This document shows, one piece after another, positions 8,217 through 17,885 of a stretch of 64,000 nt of DNA (positions are counted from its first letter, which is position 1; each line of letters begins with the position of its first letter). The notes under the pieces were generated by a model that made no database searches, was not told the DNA's origin, and saw only the letters and a list, made by a program, of their open reading frames with translations. Made by a program: the position numbers and the translations under genes. This stretch comes from Phycisphaerae bacterium (lineage in GTDB: Bacteria > Planctomycetota > Phycisphaerae > Sedimentisphaerales > Anaerobacaceae): NCBI GenBank assembly GCA_028714255.1, contig JAQTMR010000007.1, positions 52,341 through 116,340 of the forward strand, written 5' to 3'.

Positions 8217-9395
8217 TTATTCCACCCGTTTCTTGTAAGCTGTTATAGCAGCGTCTAAAACGGTTTTTACGGCGACGTTGTGTTTCTTCGCGGCGGAGGT
8301 GCAATCCGCAAACTCCGGCTTGGCGTTCACGACTTTGCCGCCTAATGAGCCGGTCTTAATTTTTATCTCGCCGAACTCGGTCTGGACAGTGACAAAGGCT
8401 CTGGCTAATTTGCTCCTTTGCAGGAGCTGTCTTCTAATCCCAAATGTAAGTCCTTCCGAGAAAAGGACTTGCTCGGCCTTGTGAATATCTTCGGTTTTGC
8501 AGATAACCGATATTTGCACAGCAGGTCGGCTGTGTTTCATATTAATCGGCGTAGTGAAAACATCGAGAGCTCCCTGATTGAAAAGCTTTTCCATTACATA
8601 GCCGATTAATTCGCCGGTTGCGTCATCGATATTAGTTTCGAGCAGGCAGACGGAATCAGTATTAGCTTGCGTCTCATCGGCGGTTTGGCCGAGAATCAGC
8701 CGAAGAACATTGGGGAATTTCTCCGATTCGAGCGAGCCTGCTCCATATCCTATTGACTCGATTAACATTGCCGGCAGGGGACAAAAGCTGTCAACCATAG
8801 TTGTTAGAATAGCCGCTGCGGTGGGAGTCAGCAGTTCGACCTGTCCCGGCCCGCCGATAGTGGGGACGCCTTTGAGCAGTTCCGCAGTCGCAGGGGCGGG
8901 CACCGGCAGTAACTGGTGGGCGCATTCGATTGTGCCGCCGCCGAGGCTCAAGGTCGAGCAATACACCTTATCGAGTCCCAACGCATCAAAGCCAATGGAT
9001 GCGGAAACGATATCAACTATTGAATCAAGCGCTCCTACCTCGTGGAAGTGGATTTCGTTGGGGTCTTTGCCGTGGACGGTTCCCTCGGCTTTGGCGATTT
9101 TTTCGAAAATGGTAATCGCTGTTTTTTTAGCTTTTTCGCTTATCTTGCTTTGGGTGATGATTTTGGTTATGTCTTTGAGGTTTCGATGCTCGTGTTCTTT
9201 TTGCACAACAGGCAGAAAGCCAAGCGCCCTTAAGCCGCAGCGTTTGGTTTCGGTTATCTTTATATCGAGGTTTTGCAGGCCGAGGGTCGCAAGCTGGGCT
9301 TTTAGAAATTCGACATCGAGCCCTGCGTCGAGCATTGCGGCGACTATCATATCGCCGCCGGCACCGGCAAAGCAGTCAAAATACGCGATTTTCAT
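8217..9395 (-). CDS. larC: LarC-type nickel insertion protein (nickel-pincer cofactor biosynthesis; DUF111/UPF0272 family)
   Basis: The N-terminus MKIAYFDCFAGAGGDMIVAAMLDAGLD is characteristic of the family. The ORF is open to 9428, but the ATG at 9395 gives the canonical N-terminus. No larA, larB or larE in the window. Confidence 0.8.
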   Translation of the reverse strand: MKIAYFDCFAGAGGDMIVAAMLDAGLDVEFLKAQLATLGLQNLDIKITETKRCGLRALGFLPVVQKEHEHRNLKDITKIITQSKISEKAKKTAITIFEKIAKAEGTVHGKDPNEIHFHEVGALDSIVDIVSASIGFDALGLDKVYCSTLSLGGGTIECAHQLLPVPAPATAELLKGVPTIGGPGQVELLTPTAAAILTTMVDSFCPLPAMLIESIGYGAGSLESEKFPNVLRLILGQTADETQANTDSVCLLETNIDDATGELIGYVMEKLFNQGALDVFTTPINMKHSRPAVQISVICKTEDIHKAEQVLFSEGLTFGIRRQLLQRSKLARAFVTVQTEFGEIKIKTGSLGGKVVNAKPEFADCTSAAKKHNVAVKTVLDAAITAYKKRVE

Positions 9396-9524
9396 AACTG
9401 TAACCTTCCACAGGATGGCTAACGCCACATAAAAGCAGTAATGTTATGGCAATTATCCACGAAAAGAACATTTCTTCAAGCACAAAACCGAAATTGGAAT
9501 TATGCTTTAGGGGATAGAATAAGT

Positions 9525-11525
9525 TCAAGAGGCGGTAAGAAGCTGTTCCTTCTCGTTGATAACCTCGAGTGCTTTTGGAAGTGTGAAAAAGAAAGTAGAA
9601 CCTTGGCCAGGTTCGGAGGTCAGCCAAATCTGTCCGCCGTATAATTCAACGACTTTTCTGACGAATGTCAGGCCTTTGCCGCCGCCTTTGCTCTGATCGG
9701 AGTCGTTAAGCATCTGGAAAAGCTGGAATATTCTCTCGAAATGCTGCGGTGCGATTCCCGGCCCGTTGTCGGAAACGCTGAACTCCCAAAGGTCACCTTT
9801 ATCGGTGTAGTCGATTGTGATGTGGCCTTCGGGGTTATCCATAAACCTGATAGCGTTGGAAAGGAGACGGCGGAAAACCTGCCGGAGATGTGTTTCTTCA
9901 CAAACCACAACGGGCAGCTTTTTGTTGATGGTTATTTTTATATTCGCAGGCGGCTTGGTCTCGACAAGGACTGTCCCAACCAGCCTGTTAAGGTCAACGG
10001 GATGTTCTTTGCGTCTGTCCCTGCCAATTGTGGAGTATTCGAGGATTGCGTTTACCAATTCGTTCATCCGCTCTACTCTTTCTACTAACAAGTCAACCTG
10101 CCGGCGGCCTGCATCGTCAAATTTCTCCTTATAATCATTAACCAGCCACTGGGCGAGGGTGCTTATGCCGCGCAGAGGCGTCTTGAGGTCGTGAGCAGCC
10201 AAATGGGCGAATTCGCGGAGTTGTCTGTTGGACTGTGTCAGCATGGCTACGGTTGATTTGAGGTCTTTGTTGAGATTTTCGATATACTCCTCCGCCTTCT
10301 TGCGCTCGACTATCTCCTGGTTGAGATTGTCCACCATAGCCTTTAAGTGCTTGCTCATTTTGTTGAAGGCTCCTGCAAGCTCTCCAATTTCATTATTGGA
10401 ATCGATATCTATCGTAATGTCTAATTTGCCTTTGCTTATCTCGACTGCGGCATCTCTAAGCTTTTCTACCGGTTTTGAAATATTGAGAGAAACATACAAG
10501 CCAATCAAAAGAGCAACTGCTATTACGACCGGAACAACTAACATTATATTTTTCAACTCGGCGACAGGAGCAAATATTTCTTTTGTGCTATACTCTATCG
10601 CCAGGGTCCAGTCCAAGGCGTGATAATCTCTATATCCTCTTGAAGAGGCGTAAACAAATAGTTCTTCACCCTCGTTTTCTTCTCCCTCTTTTAACAGATA
10701 ACCTTTGCCGCCTTTTATATTATCGTTGATTTTTTTCTCAATTATGTAATTGAATTGTTTATATTTTTCCGTGTCCGCGAAAATTACTTTGCCGTTTCTA
10801 TCAAACAGCTTAAATTGTGCTGTTTTGTACGGCGATGCCTCCTTTGCTTTTTGCAGTATCTCAATTACGTTTTCAATATTCAAAACGGCCTTTATGGTAC
10901 CCAAAAAATTTCCGTCTTCGTCGTCAATTCTTACCCCGATGTTGGTGGAATAAGTGTCGGAGCTTTCATCATATTCGATGTCTGTAACACAAAGGCCCTT
11001 TGCCCTCACAATTTGCCACCAATCTTCGTCTGCCTGATAATAGTCAGTGGTTTTCCCCGTTTGGGCGATATTTACGCCGTATTTGTTTGTTATGAAAACT
11101 TCGCCCAAAACGTTGTAGCCGTATTTCTCTTCGTAGAAGTTAAGCCGCTGTTTTAACTCTTTTGCAGGCTCGTTACTCATTAATTCCAACATAAAGTCAG
11201 TTACGGTCTCTTTGGGTACAGAGGTCCATTGTCTGTCTGTTGAAACAATATAACTAAGCGGGTCACTTATTTTTTCAAATTCCTCATTGGATTCCTTAAT
11301 GAATTTCTTTAATTCTAAAGATGTGGTATAAGCTTGAAACTCTTCAACCCTGCTGTAAATGGTCCTGTCAATGGTATCCAAAATGCCGGCGACCAGAAAA
11401 AGCGAACTTTCACCGATAGATTCCTGCAATGCACTCTGGCTTGCATGGATAGAAATATACCCTGCGGCTCCGAACAACAAAGCAATGCCCCCGAATGTCA
11501 GAATCATTTTTTGTCCGATTTTCAT
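9525..11525 (-). CDS. Sensor histidine kinase (TM, Cache-like extracytoplasmic domain, TM, HAMP, HisKA, HATPase_c)
   Basis: 666 aa with two TM segments flanking a ~290-aa periplasmic domain. HAMP segment PVEKLRDAAVEISKGKLD...ELAGAFNKM, H-box FAHLAAHDLKTPLRGI, and G-boxes DNGPGI and GKGLTF. No receiver domain. Confidence 0.9.
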   Translation of the reverse strand: MKIGQKMILTFGGIALLFGAAGYISIHASQSALQESIGESSLFLVAGILDTIDRTIYSRVEEFQAYTTSLELKKFIKESNEEFEKISDPLSYIVSTDRQWTSVPKETVTDFMLELMSNEPAKELKQRLNFYEEKYGYNVLGEVFITNKYGVNIAQTGKTTDYYQADEDWWQIVRAKGLCVTDIEYDESSDTYSTNIGVRIDDEDGNFLGTIKAVLNIENVIEILQKAKEASPYKTAQFKLFDRNGKVIFADTEKYKQFNYIIEKKINDNIKGGKGYLLKEGEENEGEELFVYASSRGYRDYHALDWTLAIEYSTKEIFAPVAELKNIMLVVPVVIAVALLIGLYVSLNISKPVEKLRDAAVEISKGKLDITIDIDSNNEIGELAGAFNKMSKHLKAMVDNLNQEIVERKKAEEYIENLNKDLKSTVAMLTQSNRQLREFAHLAAHDLKTPLRGISTLAQWLVNDYKEKFDDAGRRQVDLLVERVERMNELVNAILEYSTIGRDRRKEHPVDLNRLVGTVLVETKPPANIKITINKKLPVVVCEETHLRQVFRRLLSNAIRFMDNPEGHITIDYTDKGDLWEFSVSDNGPGIAPQHFERIFQLFQMLNDSDQSKGGGKGLTFVRKVVELYGGQIWLTSEPGQGSTFFFTLPKALEVINEKEQLLTAS
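9575..10285. repeat. About 710-bp segment duplicated at 12479-13189 (transmitter modules of the two kinases)
   Basis: Constant offset of 2904 nt. 9872-10172 is identical base for base to 12776-13076 (301 bp, checked by eye). The flanks carry scattered substitutions. Confidence 0.95.
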
Positions 11526-11576
11526 ATCTGGATGTTCACCTCTTCATATTTTTTTATAAAACTATTCGGCTTAAAT

Positions 11577-12365
11577 TCAGCGGCCGGCGTCTTCGGCTGC
11601 CTGTACAAATTGCTCTCTGTTTTGCAGAGCGTCCTGCGCCCGCTTGAGATCATGGATGAAGCCACCTGTTTTGTAGAGCGTTGCGTTGTCCGGAATTTCC
11701 GGATGGCTGTGCAAATAATCATGAAGGTACCGTACAATTCTGGAGGGCTGTGCCATAATGAATCTGCAGGTGCTATCGCCTTTTGCCTTACACATTACCT
11801 CGGAGGCAACCAGCGGGATTCCGAAACTTTCCTCGCACCATCCTGACGAATATCCGGCGTTCATGGCGCAGACACAAGAACTGCTGTGTTTACCGCTTTT
11901 TTCCCATGCGTCAGCTTCAAACGAAAATGGGTGGTCATATAGAAGATAGTAGTCTTCGTTTGCCATTGGCCTGGATTCGGCGGATATATCAACAAAAGCC
12001 CATCCTGTGTAAGCAAAATGAACCGGTCCTGCGGAAAGCTTCTCTATGGGGTCGTGCACGCACATTTTTCGATGGAAGCTTTTGGCGTCCATCTTTCCTA
12101 TGGTGTGAGCAATATCAAAAAGAAGACTTTTGGCCATTTCTGACGCTTTCTCCTGTCCCCAGTCTTCTATTAACATCTCCCTTATAGTATCAAAGAAGTC
12201 CACTGACATTGAGGCGGCTCTGATAAGAATATACCGTTCGTCGAATATCTCTATCTTGCCTTTCGACGCATCTTCTTTCTTCAGACTGAAGTAGTCGCTT
12301 ACATATTCCTGGGCCTTGCGGAAAATAGGTTCAAACTGCTCCGGGACTTTGACGGTATTCAACAT
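11577..12365 (-). CDS. Stand-alone XylR_N / V4R (4-vinyl reductase-like) putative small-molecule-binding protein
   Basis: 262 aa and soluble. The C-terminal segment NAGYSSGWCEESFGIPLVASEVMCKAKGDSTCRFIM has the V4R-type Cys pattern. The N-terminal half resembles the XylR/DmpR sensing domain. No AAA+ or DNA-binding domain. Confidence 0.65.
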   Translation of the reverse strand: MLNTVKVPEQFEPIFRKAQEYVSDYFSLKKEDASKGKIEIFDERYILIRAASMSVDFFDTIREMLIEDWGQEKASEMAKSLLFDIAHTIGKMDAKSFHRKMCVHDPIEKLSAGPVHFAYTGWAFVDISAESRPMANEDYYLLYDHPFSFEADAWEKSGKHSSSCVCAMNAGYSSGWCEESFGIPLVASEVMCKAKGDSTCRFIMAQPSRIVRYLHDYLHSHPEIPDNATLYKTGGFIHDLKRAQDALQNREQFVQAAEDAGR

Positions 12366-12425
12366 ATCATTTTCACTCCTCGTTATAGTACGTTATTCTT
12401 TGTAATGTTATCCATACCCTCGTAT

Positions 12426-15400
12426 TCAACCGACGATGTTTGTTTCGAGTTTCACGTTTTCAACTACGGCTTTGTCCTTTGGTAATGTGAAAAAGAAAGT
12501 AGAGCCCTGGCCGAGTTCGGAGGTCAGCCAAATTTGTCCGCCATATAGTTCGACGATTTTCCTGACAAATGTCAGACCTGTGCCTTCGCCTTTGCTCTGG
12601 TCGGATTCGTTAAGCGACTGGAAAAGCTGAAATATTCTCTCGAAATGCTGCGGTGCGATTCCCGGTCCGTTGTCGGAAACGCTAAACTCCCAAAGGTCGT
12701 CTTTGTCGGTATAGTCGATTGTGATGCGGCCTTCGGGTTTATCCATAAACCTGACGGCGTTGGCAAGGAGACGGTGGAAAACCTGCCGGAGATGTGTTTC
12801 TTCACAAACCACAACGGGCAGCTTTTTGTTGATGGTTATTTTTATATTCGCAGGCGGCTTGGTCTCGACAAGGACTGTCCCAACCAGCCTGTTAAGGTCA
12901 ACGGGATGTTCTTTGCGTCTGTCCCTGCCAATTGTGGAGTATTCGAGGATTGCGTTTACCAATTCGTTCATCCGCTCTACTCTTTCTACTAACAAGTCAA
13001 CCTGCCGGCGGCCTGCATCGTCAAATTTCTCCTTATAATCATTAACCAGCCACTGGGCGAGGGTGCTTATGCCGCGTAGAGGCGTCTTGAGGTCGTGAGC
13101 AGCCAAGTGGGCGAATTCGCGGAGTTGTCTGTTGGACTGTGTCAACAAGGCCACGGTTGACTTGAGGTCTTTGTTGAGATTTTCGATAGATTTCTCCGAC
13201 TTCTTGCGTTCGGTGATGTCACGCGAGACAGCCAGCAAACGGTTAATTTTGCCATCAGAATCTTTAATAGGCGTAACGATAACTTCCCACCATTTTGGTG
13301 TGCCTTTAGCTGTTTCGAAATACCCGTAAAATATACCAGTCTTGCCTTGTTTGGCCTTTGCAACAGCTTCGAGGCAATCTTCCCGTTCTTTACCTTTCCA
13401 ATAATCAATAAACGAGGCATTCAAATAAGGGGTTATATCGTCGATTTCGAGGATTTTCTGTCCGCCTCCGCTCATCGATAATAAGCGCCCTTCCAAATCC
13501 AAAACTTTTATACAGTCACTGCTGCTCTCAATTACACGCCTGGTGAATTCCTCGTTTTTGCGCAGCGACTCTTCGGCTTGGGCTGCGTTGAGCACCATTG
13601 AGGTCGAATGGGCGATTCCCTCGAGAAGGGCGTCTTCCTCCGGGGATATAGAATGTTTGCTGAAGAGCGCCAGCACACCAATTGGCTCGCCATTCGTGTG
13701 CGTCAGGCGATAACCGGCAAAAGACACCAAACCCAGCTTCCTTGCCCAGTCGTGATTGTGAACGTGCGGGTCGGTCACCACCTTGTTGGTGAGGAACTTG
13801 GCCTGTTCTCCAGCGGCAATCAGGCCAATCTTGTAACAGCCAAACGGTACCCTGCGATGTTCTTTCCCGTCGAGGTGGGTATATCGTCCGGAGCTGGCCG
13901 TTAAGTGCAGACACTTGTCGCGGAACCGGCAGACGTGCGGTCCTTCGGCAACATTGGCGTGGATACAGCCGGCATCACAGCGGTCACCCGGCTTTATGGT
14001 CCAGATTCTGGCAAAGTCGGCATCAAGGATTCGAACCACCGCATCGGTGATAAATTTGAGCTTCTGCTCGAGTGAAATCAAGGGCAGGAGGTTCTCCTGC
14101 AGCGAGTTGACAGCGAGGAGCCGTTCTTCCGCTCGCTTTCGTTCGGTGATGTCCCTGTCCGCTCCCCGATAGCCGGTGAGATTTCCTTTATTGTCCACAA
14201 TCGGCGTGCCATGTGTTTCTAAAATGACGGTACTGCCGTTTTTATGTATATTGGGATTAATAAGGCCTTTAAATTCATTCTGCTTAGCAAAAGCTTCAAA
14301 AGCCGTTTTCTTTAATTCTTCTCTCTGCTCCGGGGCAAAGAAATCATAAAAGTGTTTCTTCCCGACAATCTCAGCGGGCTTATAGCCGAGCAGTTTTTCC
14401 ACAACAGGACTTGAATAAGTGTACAATCCTTCAGAATTAATTTCCCAAATCCAGTCGCCGGAACTTTCGGCTACTTCCTCAAACCTTTTTTCGCTCTGTC
14501 TTAAAGATGTTTCTACTTTTCTGCGTACGGCAATTTCACGGTTGAGGTTGACTACCGAGGTAGTAGTTTTCCCCAGGTCCTCAGCCATACGATTGAAGGA
14601 CTTTGCTAAAGTTCCAATTTCATCCTGCGATTTGGTATTAATTTTATATGAAAAATCACCTTTGGCTATCAAGTTCGTTCCTTGAACCAGTTTCAAAATC
14701 GACCCGGTCATATTTCTGGCCAGGAGCAGAGATAAAACGACACCAACAATCAGGATGCCGAAACCAATCAGCAATACTGTATTTCTCAGATTATTCAGTG
14801 CAGTCGCAAACTCCCTGTAAGGTAAAATTGTCATTACGACCCAGTCCTGCCCGCTGACAGGGGTATAAGCAAAGTAGCTGTCAACCCCCAGAATTTTTGC
14901 ACGGCCATGACCTGATGCACCTGTCTCTGTCGCCGCTATTACTTTTTCCGATTCGGTCCCGTCAATAACAATCTTCTGCAATATGCTATTGCTGTCTTTG
15001 CAGGACAGAATCGTCCCCTGCGAATCAAGCAGAATCACAGAGCCGCTTTTCCCAACGGTGGTTTCCTGAATGTTTTTAGATAACTCAACGACAGAAACCT
15101 TACCCAGAATAATCCCCAAAAATTCATCGAAAAAACTTTTGTTAAGAAAACCGAACTCTATGCAGGGGCCTGCTGTTTCAGGAGAAAAGGCAAGATATGT
15201 ATTTAAGGTTTTGTTGGGGTTCTGCTTCAACCGCTCAATAAGGATAGAATCAGCTTTATCCAAAATTTTTGCTGTTGTTTCCCCATGAACCAGTTCTATC
15301 TCCTCGATTCCGTGGTCATTCACATAAGAAAGAGCGGCAAATTCCGGCATAAATCTGCCAAAATGACCAACCAGCATATTTTCCTGCTGTTTTTTGGCGT

Positions 15401-15632
15401 AATTTGTCACCATTTCTGAAGCGGCTATTTTTTCAAGTAACTGCTCTTTGCCGGCAATCAATATACTCATTTTTTCTTCGATGTGCACAGCAGCGTATTC
15501 AAGATACTGCATCCGGCTTTTCCTGAGGGACTGGAACATTATAAAATAGGTAGCAAGTCCAAGCACGAGAGCTACGGTGAGGACAAACCCCATCTGGGTA
15601 ATCAGAAATTTTGTTCTAATTGACCTTAGCAT
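12426..15632 (-). CDS. Multi-domain sensor histidine kinase (TM, Cache-like, TM, HAMP, PAS, GAF, PAS, HisKA, HATPase_c)
   Basis: 1068 aa. HAMP segment ILKLVQGTNLIAKGDFSYK...LAKSFNRM. PAS-like segments SGDWIWEINSEGLYTYSSP and SSSDCIKVLDLEGRLLSMSG. The central GAF-like region has several Cys. The H-box and ATPase part is almost identical to the 666-aa kinase. No receiver domain. Confidence 0.9.
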   Translation of the reverse strand: MLRSIRTKFLITQMGFVLTVALVLGLATYFIMFQSLRKSRMQYLEYAAVHIEEKMSILIAGKEQLLEKIAASEMVTNYAKKQQENMLVGHFGRFMPEFAALSYVNDHGIEEIELVHGETTAKILDKADSILIERLKQNPNKTLNTYLAFSPETAGPCIEFGFLNKSFFDEFLGIILGKVSVVELSKNIQETTVGKSGSVILLDSQGTILSCKDSNSILQKIVIDGTESEKVIAATETGASGHGRAKILGVDSYFAYTPVSGQDWVVMTILPYREFATALNNLRNTVLLIGFGILIVGVVLSLLLARNMTGSILKLVQGTNLIAKGDFSYKINTKSQDEIGTLAKSFNRMAEDLGKTTTSVVNLNREIAVRRKVETSLRQSEKRFEEVAESSGDWIWEINSEGLYTYSSPVVEKLLGYKPAEIVGKKHFYDFFAPEQREELKKTAFEAFAKQNEFKGLINPNIHKNGSTVILETHGTPIVDNKGNLTGYRGADRDITERKRAEERLLAVNSLQENLLPLISLEQKLKFITDAVVRILDADFARIWTIKPGDRCDAGCIHANVAEGPHVCRFRDKCLHLTASSGRYTHLDGKEHRRVPFGCYKIGLIAAGEQAKFLTNKVVTDPHVHNHDWARKLGLVSFAGYRLTHTNGEPIGVLALFSKHSISPEEDALLEGIAHSTSMVLNAAQAEESLRKNEEFTRRVIESSSDCIKVLDLEGRLLSMSGGGQKILEIDDITPYLNASFIDYWKGKEREDCLEAVAKAKQGKTGIFYGYFETAKGTPKWWEVIVTPIKDSDGKINRLLAVSRDITERKKSEKSIENLNKDLKSTVALLTQSNRQLREFAHLAAHDLKTPLRGISTLAQWLVNDYKEKFDDAGRRQVDLLVERVERMNELVNAILEYSTIGRDRRKEHPVDLNRLVGTVLVETKPPANIKITINKKLPVVVCEETHLRQVFHRLLANAVRFMDKPEGRITIDYTDKDDLWEFSVSDNGPGIAPQHFERIFQLFQSLNESDQSKGEGTGLTFVRKIVELYGGQIWLTSELGQGSTFFFTLPKDKAVVENVKLETNIVG
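12479..13189. repeat. Second copy of the duplicated kinase transmitter segment
   Basis: See 9575-10285. The 301-bp perfect core is at 12776-13076. Confidence 0.95.
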
Positions 15633-15663
15633 TTTTATAAAATCCTGCTCATTGGTTAATATT

Positions 15664-16497
15664 CTACTTAACGGGAACAGCCCCCATCTCTTTAATGATT
15701 TTCTGTGCGTCTTCGCTATAGAGGAAGTCGATAAATTCTTTCACAAGCCCTTCCGGCTGTCCTTTATAGACAACGCCAAGAGGAATCAGGTACTTGTATT
15801 CTCCGCCGGTTATTTTCTCAACAGAAGGCTCAATGCCGTCAACTTTCAGGACTTTCAAATTTGTGCCGACTATTGCCGAGTAAGGCACAAAACCGATAGT
15901 GTTTTTATGCTCCAGCAGAGCGGCAACGGTTTCCGGCGTAAGGAACATAACTTTCCCGACCGGATTTGGAATATTCGTAAATTCTGGAAACGTCTCGCTG
16001 AAAACTCTCAAAGACGAATCGCCCGGTTCTCTTGTCAGCGGATATATTTTGCCGGGCTCCGCACCGAGACTGCTCCAGTCGGCAATTTTCCCTGAATAGA
16101 TATCGACTATCTGTTCAGTAGTAATATTATCAATGCCTGTCACGCTGGGATTAACCACAAAAGCCACGGCCGTATTGGCAAAAACCTTATAATTAAGACC
16201 AAGCCCCTGTTCTTCTTTTCTTAGGGGCCGGGCAACCCTGGCTATGTCGATGTCGCCTTTAACAAGAGCCTTTATGCTGACGCTGGAGCCAACGGCATCC
16301 GGCACTTCTATGAGGCATTTGCCGTCAAGTTTTTCTGTCAGAGCTTTGGCAAGGGCTCGCATAAGCTCCTGACTGTCTCCTGTTCCGCTTACAACTATCT
16401 TCGGCACAGAGTTTACATCACTGGCAGACGGCGGGTTTGCCTCCCCGGCAGCGGCTGTCATCAATAAAACAAACAAAGCAGCGAATATCCCTCTCAT
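15664..16497 (-). CDS. Periplasmic PstS-like (PBP-type 2) substrate-binding protein
   Basis: The signal peptide MRGIFAALFVLLMTAAAGEA starts at the ATG at 16497, which has AGGAAAGGG upstream (the ORF is open to 16527). Mature part has VVSGTGDSQELMRALA...GDIDIARVARPL, typical of phosphate/anion-binding PBPs. Ligand unknown. Confidence 0.65.
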   Translation of the reverse strand: MRGIFAALFVLLMTAAAGEANPPSASDVNSVPKIVVSGTGDSQELMRALAKALTEKLDGKCLIEVPDAVGSSVSIKALVKGDIDIARVARPLRKEEQGLGLNYKVFANTAVAFVVNPSVTGIDNITTEQIVDIYSGKIADWSSLGAEPGKIYPLTREPGDSSLRVFSETFPEFTNIPNPVGKVMFLTPETVAALLEHKNTIGFVPYSAIVGTNLKVLKVDGIEPSVEKITGGEYKYLIPLGVVYKGQPEGLVKEFIDFLYSEDAQKIIKEMGAVPVK

Positions 16498-16520
16498 TTT
16501 TAAGGCCCTTTCCTTATTTA

Positions 16521-17885
16521 TTACCATGTTAAATAAAGTCCGTACCTGACAAGAACAGCCGGGTCGTTTTTGTCTTTGTTATAGAAATCGCCCGGGAAAA
16601 AAGCTTCACCTTCTATTCTGTGCTCAATCATTTTGCTGGCTTTGTACTTAATCATCGCCTTGAGCAATTGACCTCTGAAATTACCGGCCTTGCTCATTCC
16701 GCCGGAGCCGCCCGCTGAGGTGTTCTCGTCGGCAAAGAGCAGGGCATAGCCGCATCGAAGGTTCATTTTCTCGGCCGGGTTGGTTTCCCAGTCGGCATAA
16801 ATTCTGTGCATATTGGAGTTGTCATAGCTCCTGCCGTCGATGGAATCTATGCCGCCCTGATATAACACGCTCCACGTATCGGTGCGTGCCCAGCCGCGGT
16901 CGAAGTTTTTATCCTTGTCGTCATTGCCTGAAAGGTACTCATAGCCGAGATAGATTTTGTTTTGCTTTTCGTCGTTGTAATTGTAAATCAACTGATTATT
17001 TGTCGCGAAGGCGCCGAGATTTTTGCCGTTTTTGTGGCCGAACTGCGGAGCGAACTCCATATGGTATTGCCAGTGTTCATTTAATCTGCCGTATTTTCTC
17101 ACGCCCGGAGTATAAATCTCGCCTTCATAGCCGCTGCTTACTGCTCTGTCGTAATCGTGTTTGTAGATGAAATATGCGTCAATGCCGGCATCTTTTCCGG
17201 TTTTCTTTGCGAAATAAAATATGGCTCCCTGCTCATCCTGCTCTAAAAAATCTTCGTCCCTGTCGTTAAAGGGCTTGAACAATTTAGCGCTGTCGGCATG
17301 ATTCTCCACCCAGACAAAATCCACAGTAGTATCGGATTCCTCTAAAATATATGTAAGGCGCAGGGCGTCAAAAAAGGCGGTTCTGCTGCCGTCCAAGGGT
17401 GTTCCTTCAGCAATAAGCCAGCCGCTGCCGAGTTTAAGCTCCTGCCTGCCTGCGACAATAGTGAGCGGCAAACCAAAAGCTTTTCGACAGGTTAGATTAA
17501 ACTTATCGAGCAATATTTCATTTCTGATAAACTGCGGGTCTTGAGAAAGCGGACGGATGTAATAGCGTGGTTCCATTGCAAAACGGATGTTAAAATCAAT
17601 GTCATCAGTCAGTCCTATCCTGACGCCGGCTCTGGCGCGAAAGCGGGGGAGAACGACTCGCTCATGCCCTGCGGCGTCCTTGTCAAGTCTTCTGTTGTTG
17701 TCATATTCCGTACGCAGTCTCAAATCTGCGCCAAGCTCAAGCCAGTCGGCGGGATTTTTCCAGTCGGTTATTTTCTCTTGAGGGGTATCGTAAGATTCTT
17801 CTTCCTGTCCTTGAACTGCCTTGCAGAAGCAAAGACTGGTAAAAATCAGGGCTAATCTGAGTTTTGTATCCTTTTTGTCTTTCAA
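16521..17885 (-). CDS. Outer-membrane beta-barrel porin (alginate-export / putative-porin-like)
   Basis: 454 aa. Signal peptide MKDKKDTKLRLALIFTSLCFCKAVQG, alternating amphipathic beta-strand pattern, segment WLELGADLRLRTEYDNNRRL, and a C-terminal aromatic residue (...YGLYLTW). First gene of the minus-strand cluster. Confidence 0.65.
   Translation of the reverse strand: MKDKKDTKLRLALIFTSLCFCKAVQGQEEESYDTPQEKITDWKNPADWLELGADLRLRTEYDNNRRLDKDAAGHERVVLPRFRARAGVRIGLTDDIDFNIRFAMEPRYYIRPLSQDPQFIRNEILLDKFNLTCRKAFGLPLTIVAGRQELKLGSGWLIAEGTPLDGSRTAFFDALRLTYILEESDTTVDFVWVENHADSAKLFKPFNDRDEDFLEQDEQGAIFYFAKKTGKDAGIDAYFIYKHDYDRAVSSGYEGEIYTPGVRKYGRLNEHWQYHMEFAPQFGHKNGKNLGAFATNNQLIYNYNDEKQNKIYLGYEYLSGNDDKDKNFDRGWARTDTWSVLYQGGIDSIDGRSYDNSNMHRIYADWETNPAEKMNLRCGYALLFADENTSAGGSGGMSKAGNFRGQLLKAMIKYKASKMIEHRIEGEAFFPGDFYNKDKNDPAVLVRYGLYLTW

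Noticed and set aside
8217-9395. larC as part of a lactate-racemase (lar) operon
   Set aside because: No larA, larB or larE is present within the window. It is recorded as a stand-alone gene next to the RAYT/REP locus, with no further claim.
8710-9432. Long antisense ORFs opposite well-supported genes. Examples: 8710..9432, 928..1830, 5649..6251, 23045..24377 (three ORFs), 27428..28324, 29123..29707, 33462..34034, 36197..36955, 37104..37616, 46131..46736, 48096..48638, 48803..49381, 50718..51230, 53845..54285.
   Set aside because: Each lies entirely inside a gene with clear family motifs on the other strand. Their products are low-complexity or Arg/Ser/Cys-rich with no motifs. They look like typical shadow ORFs.
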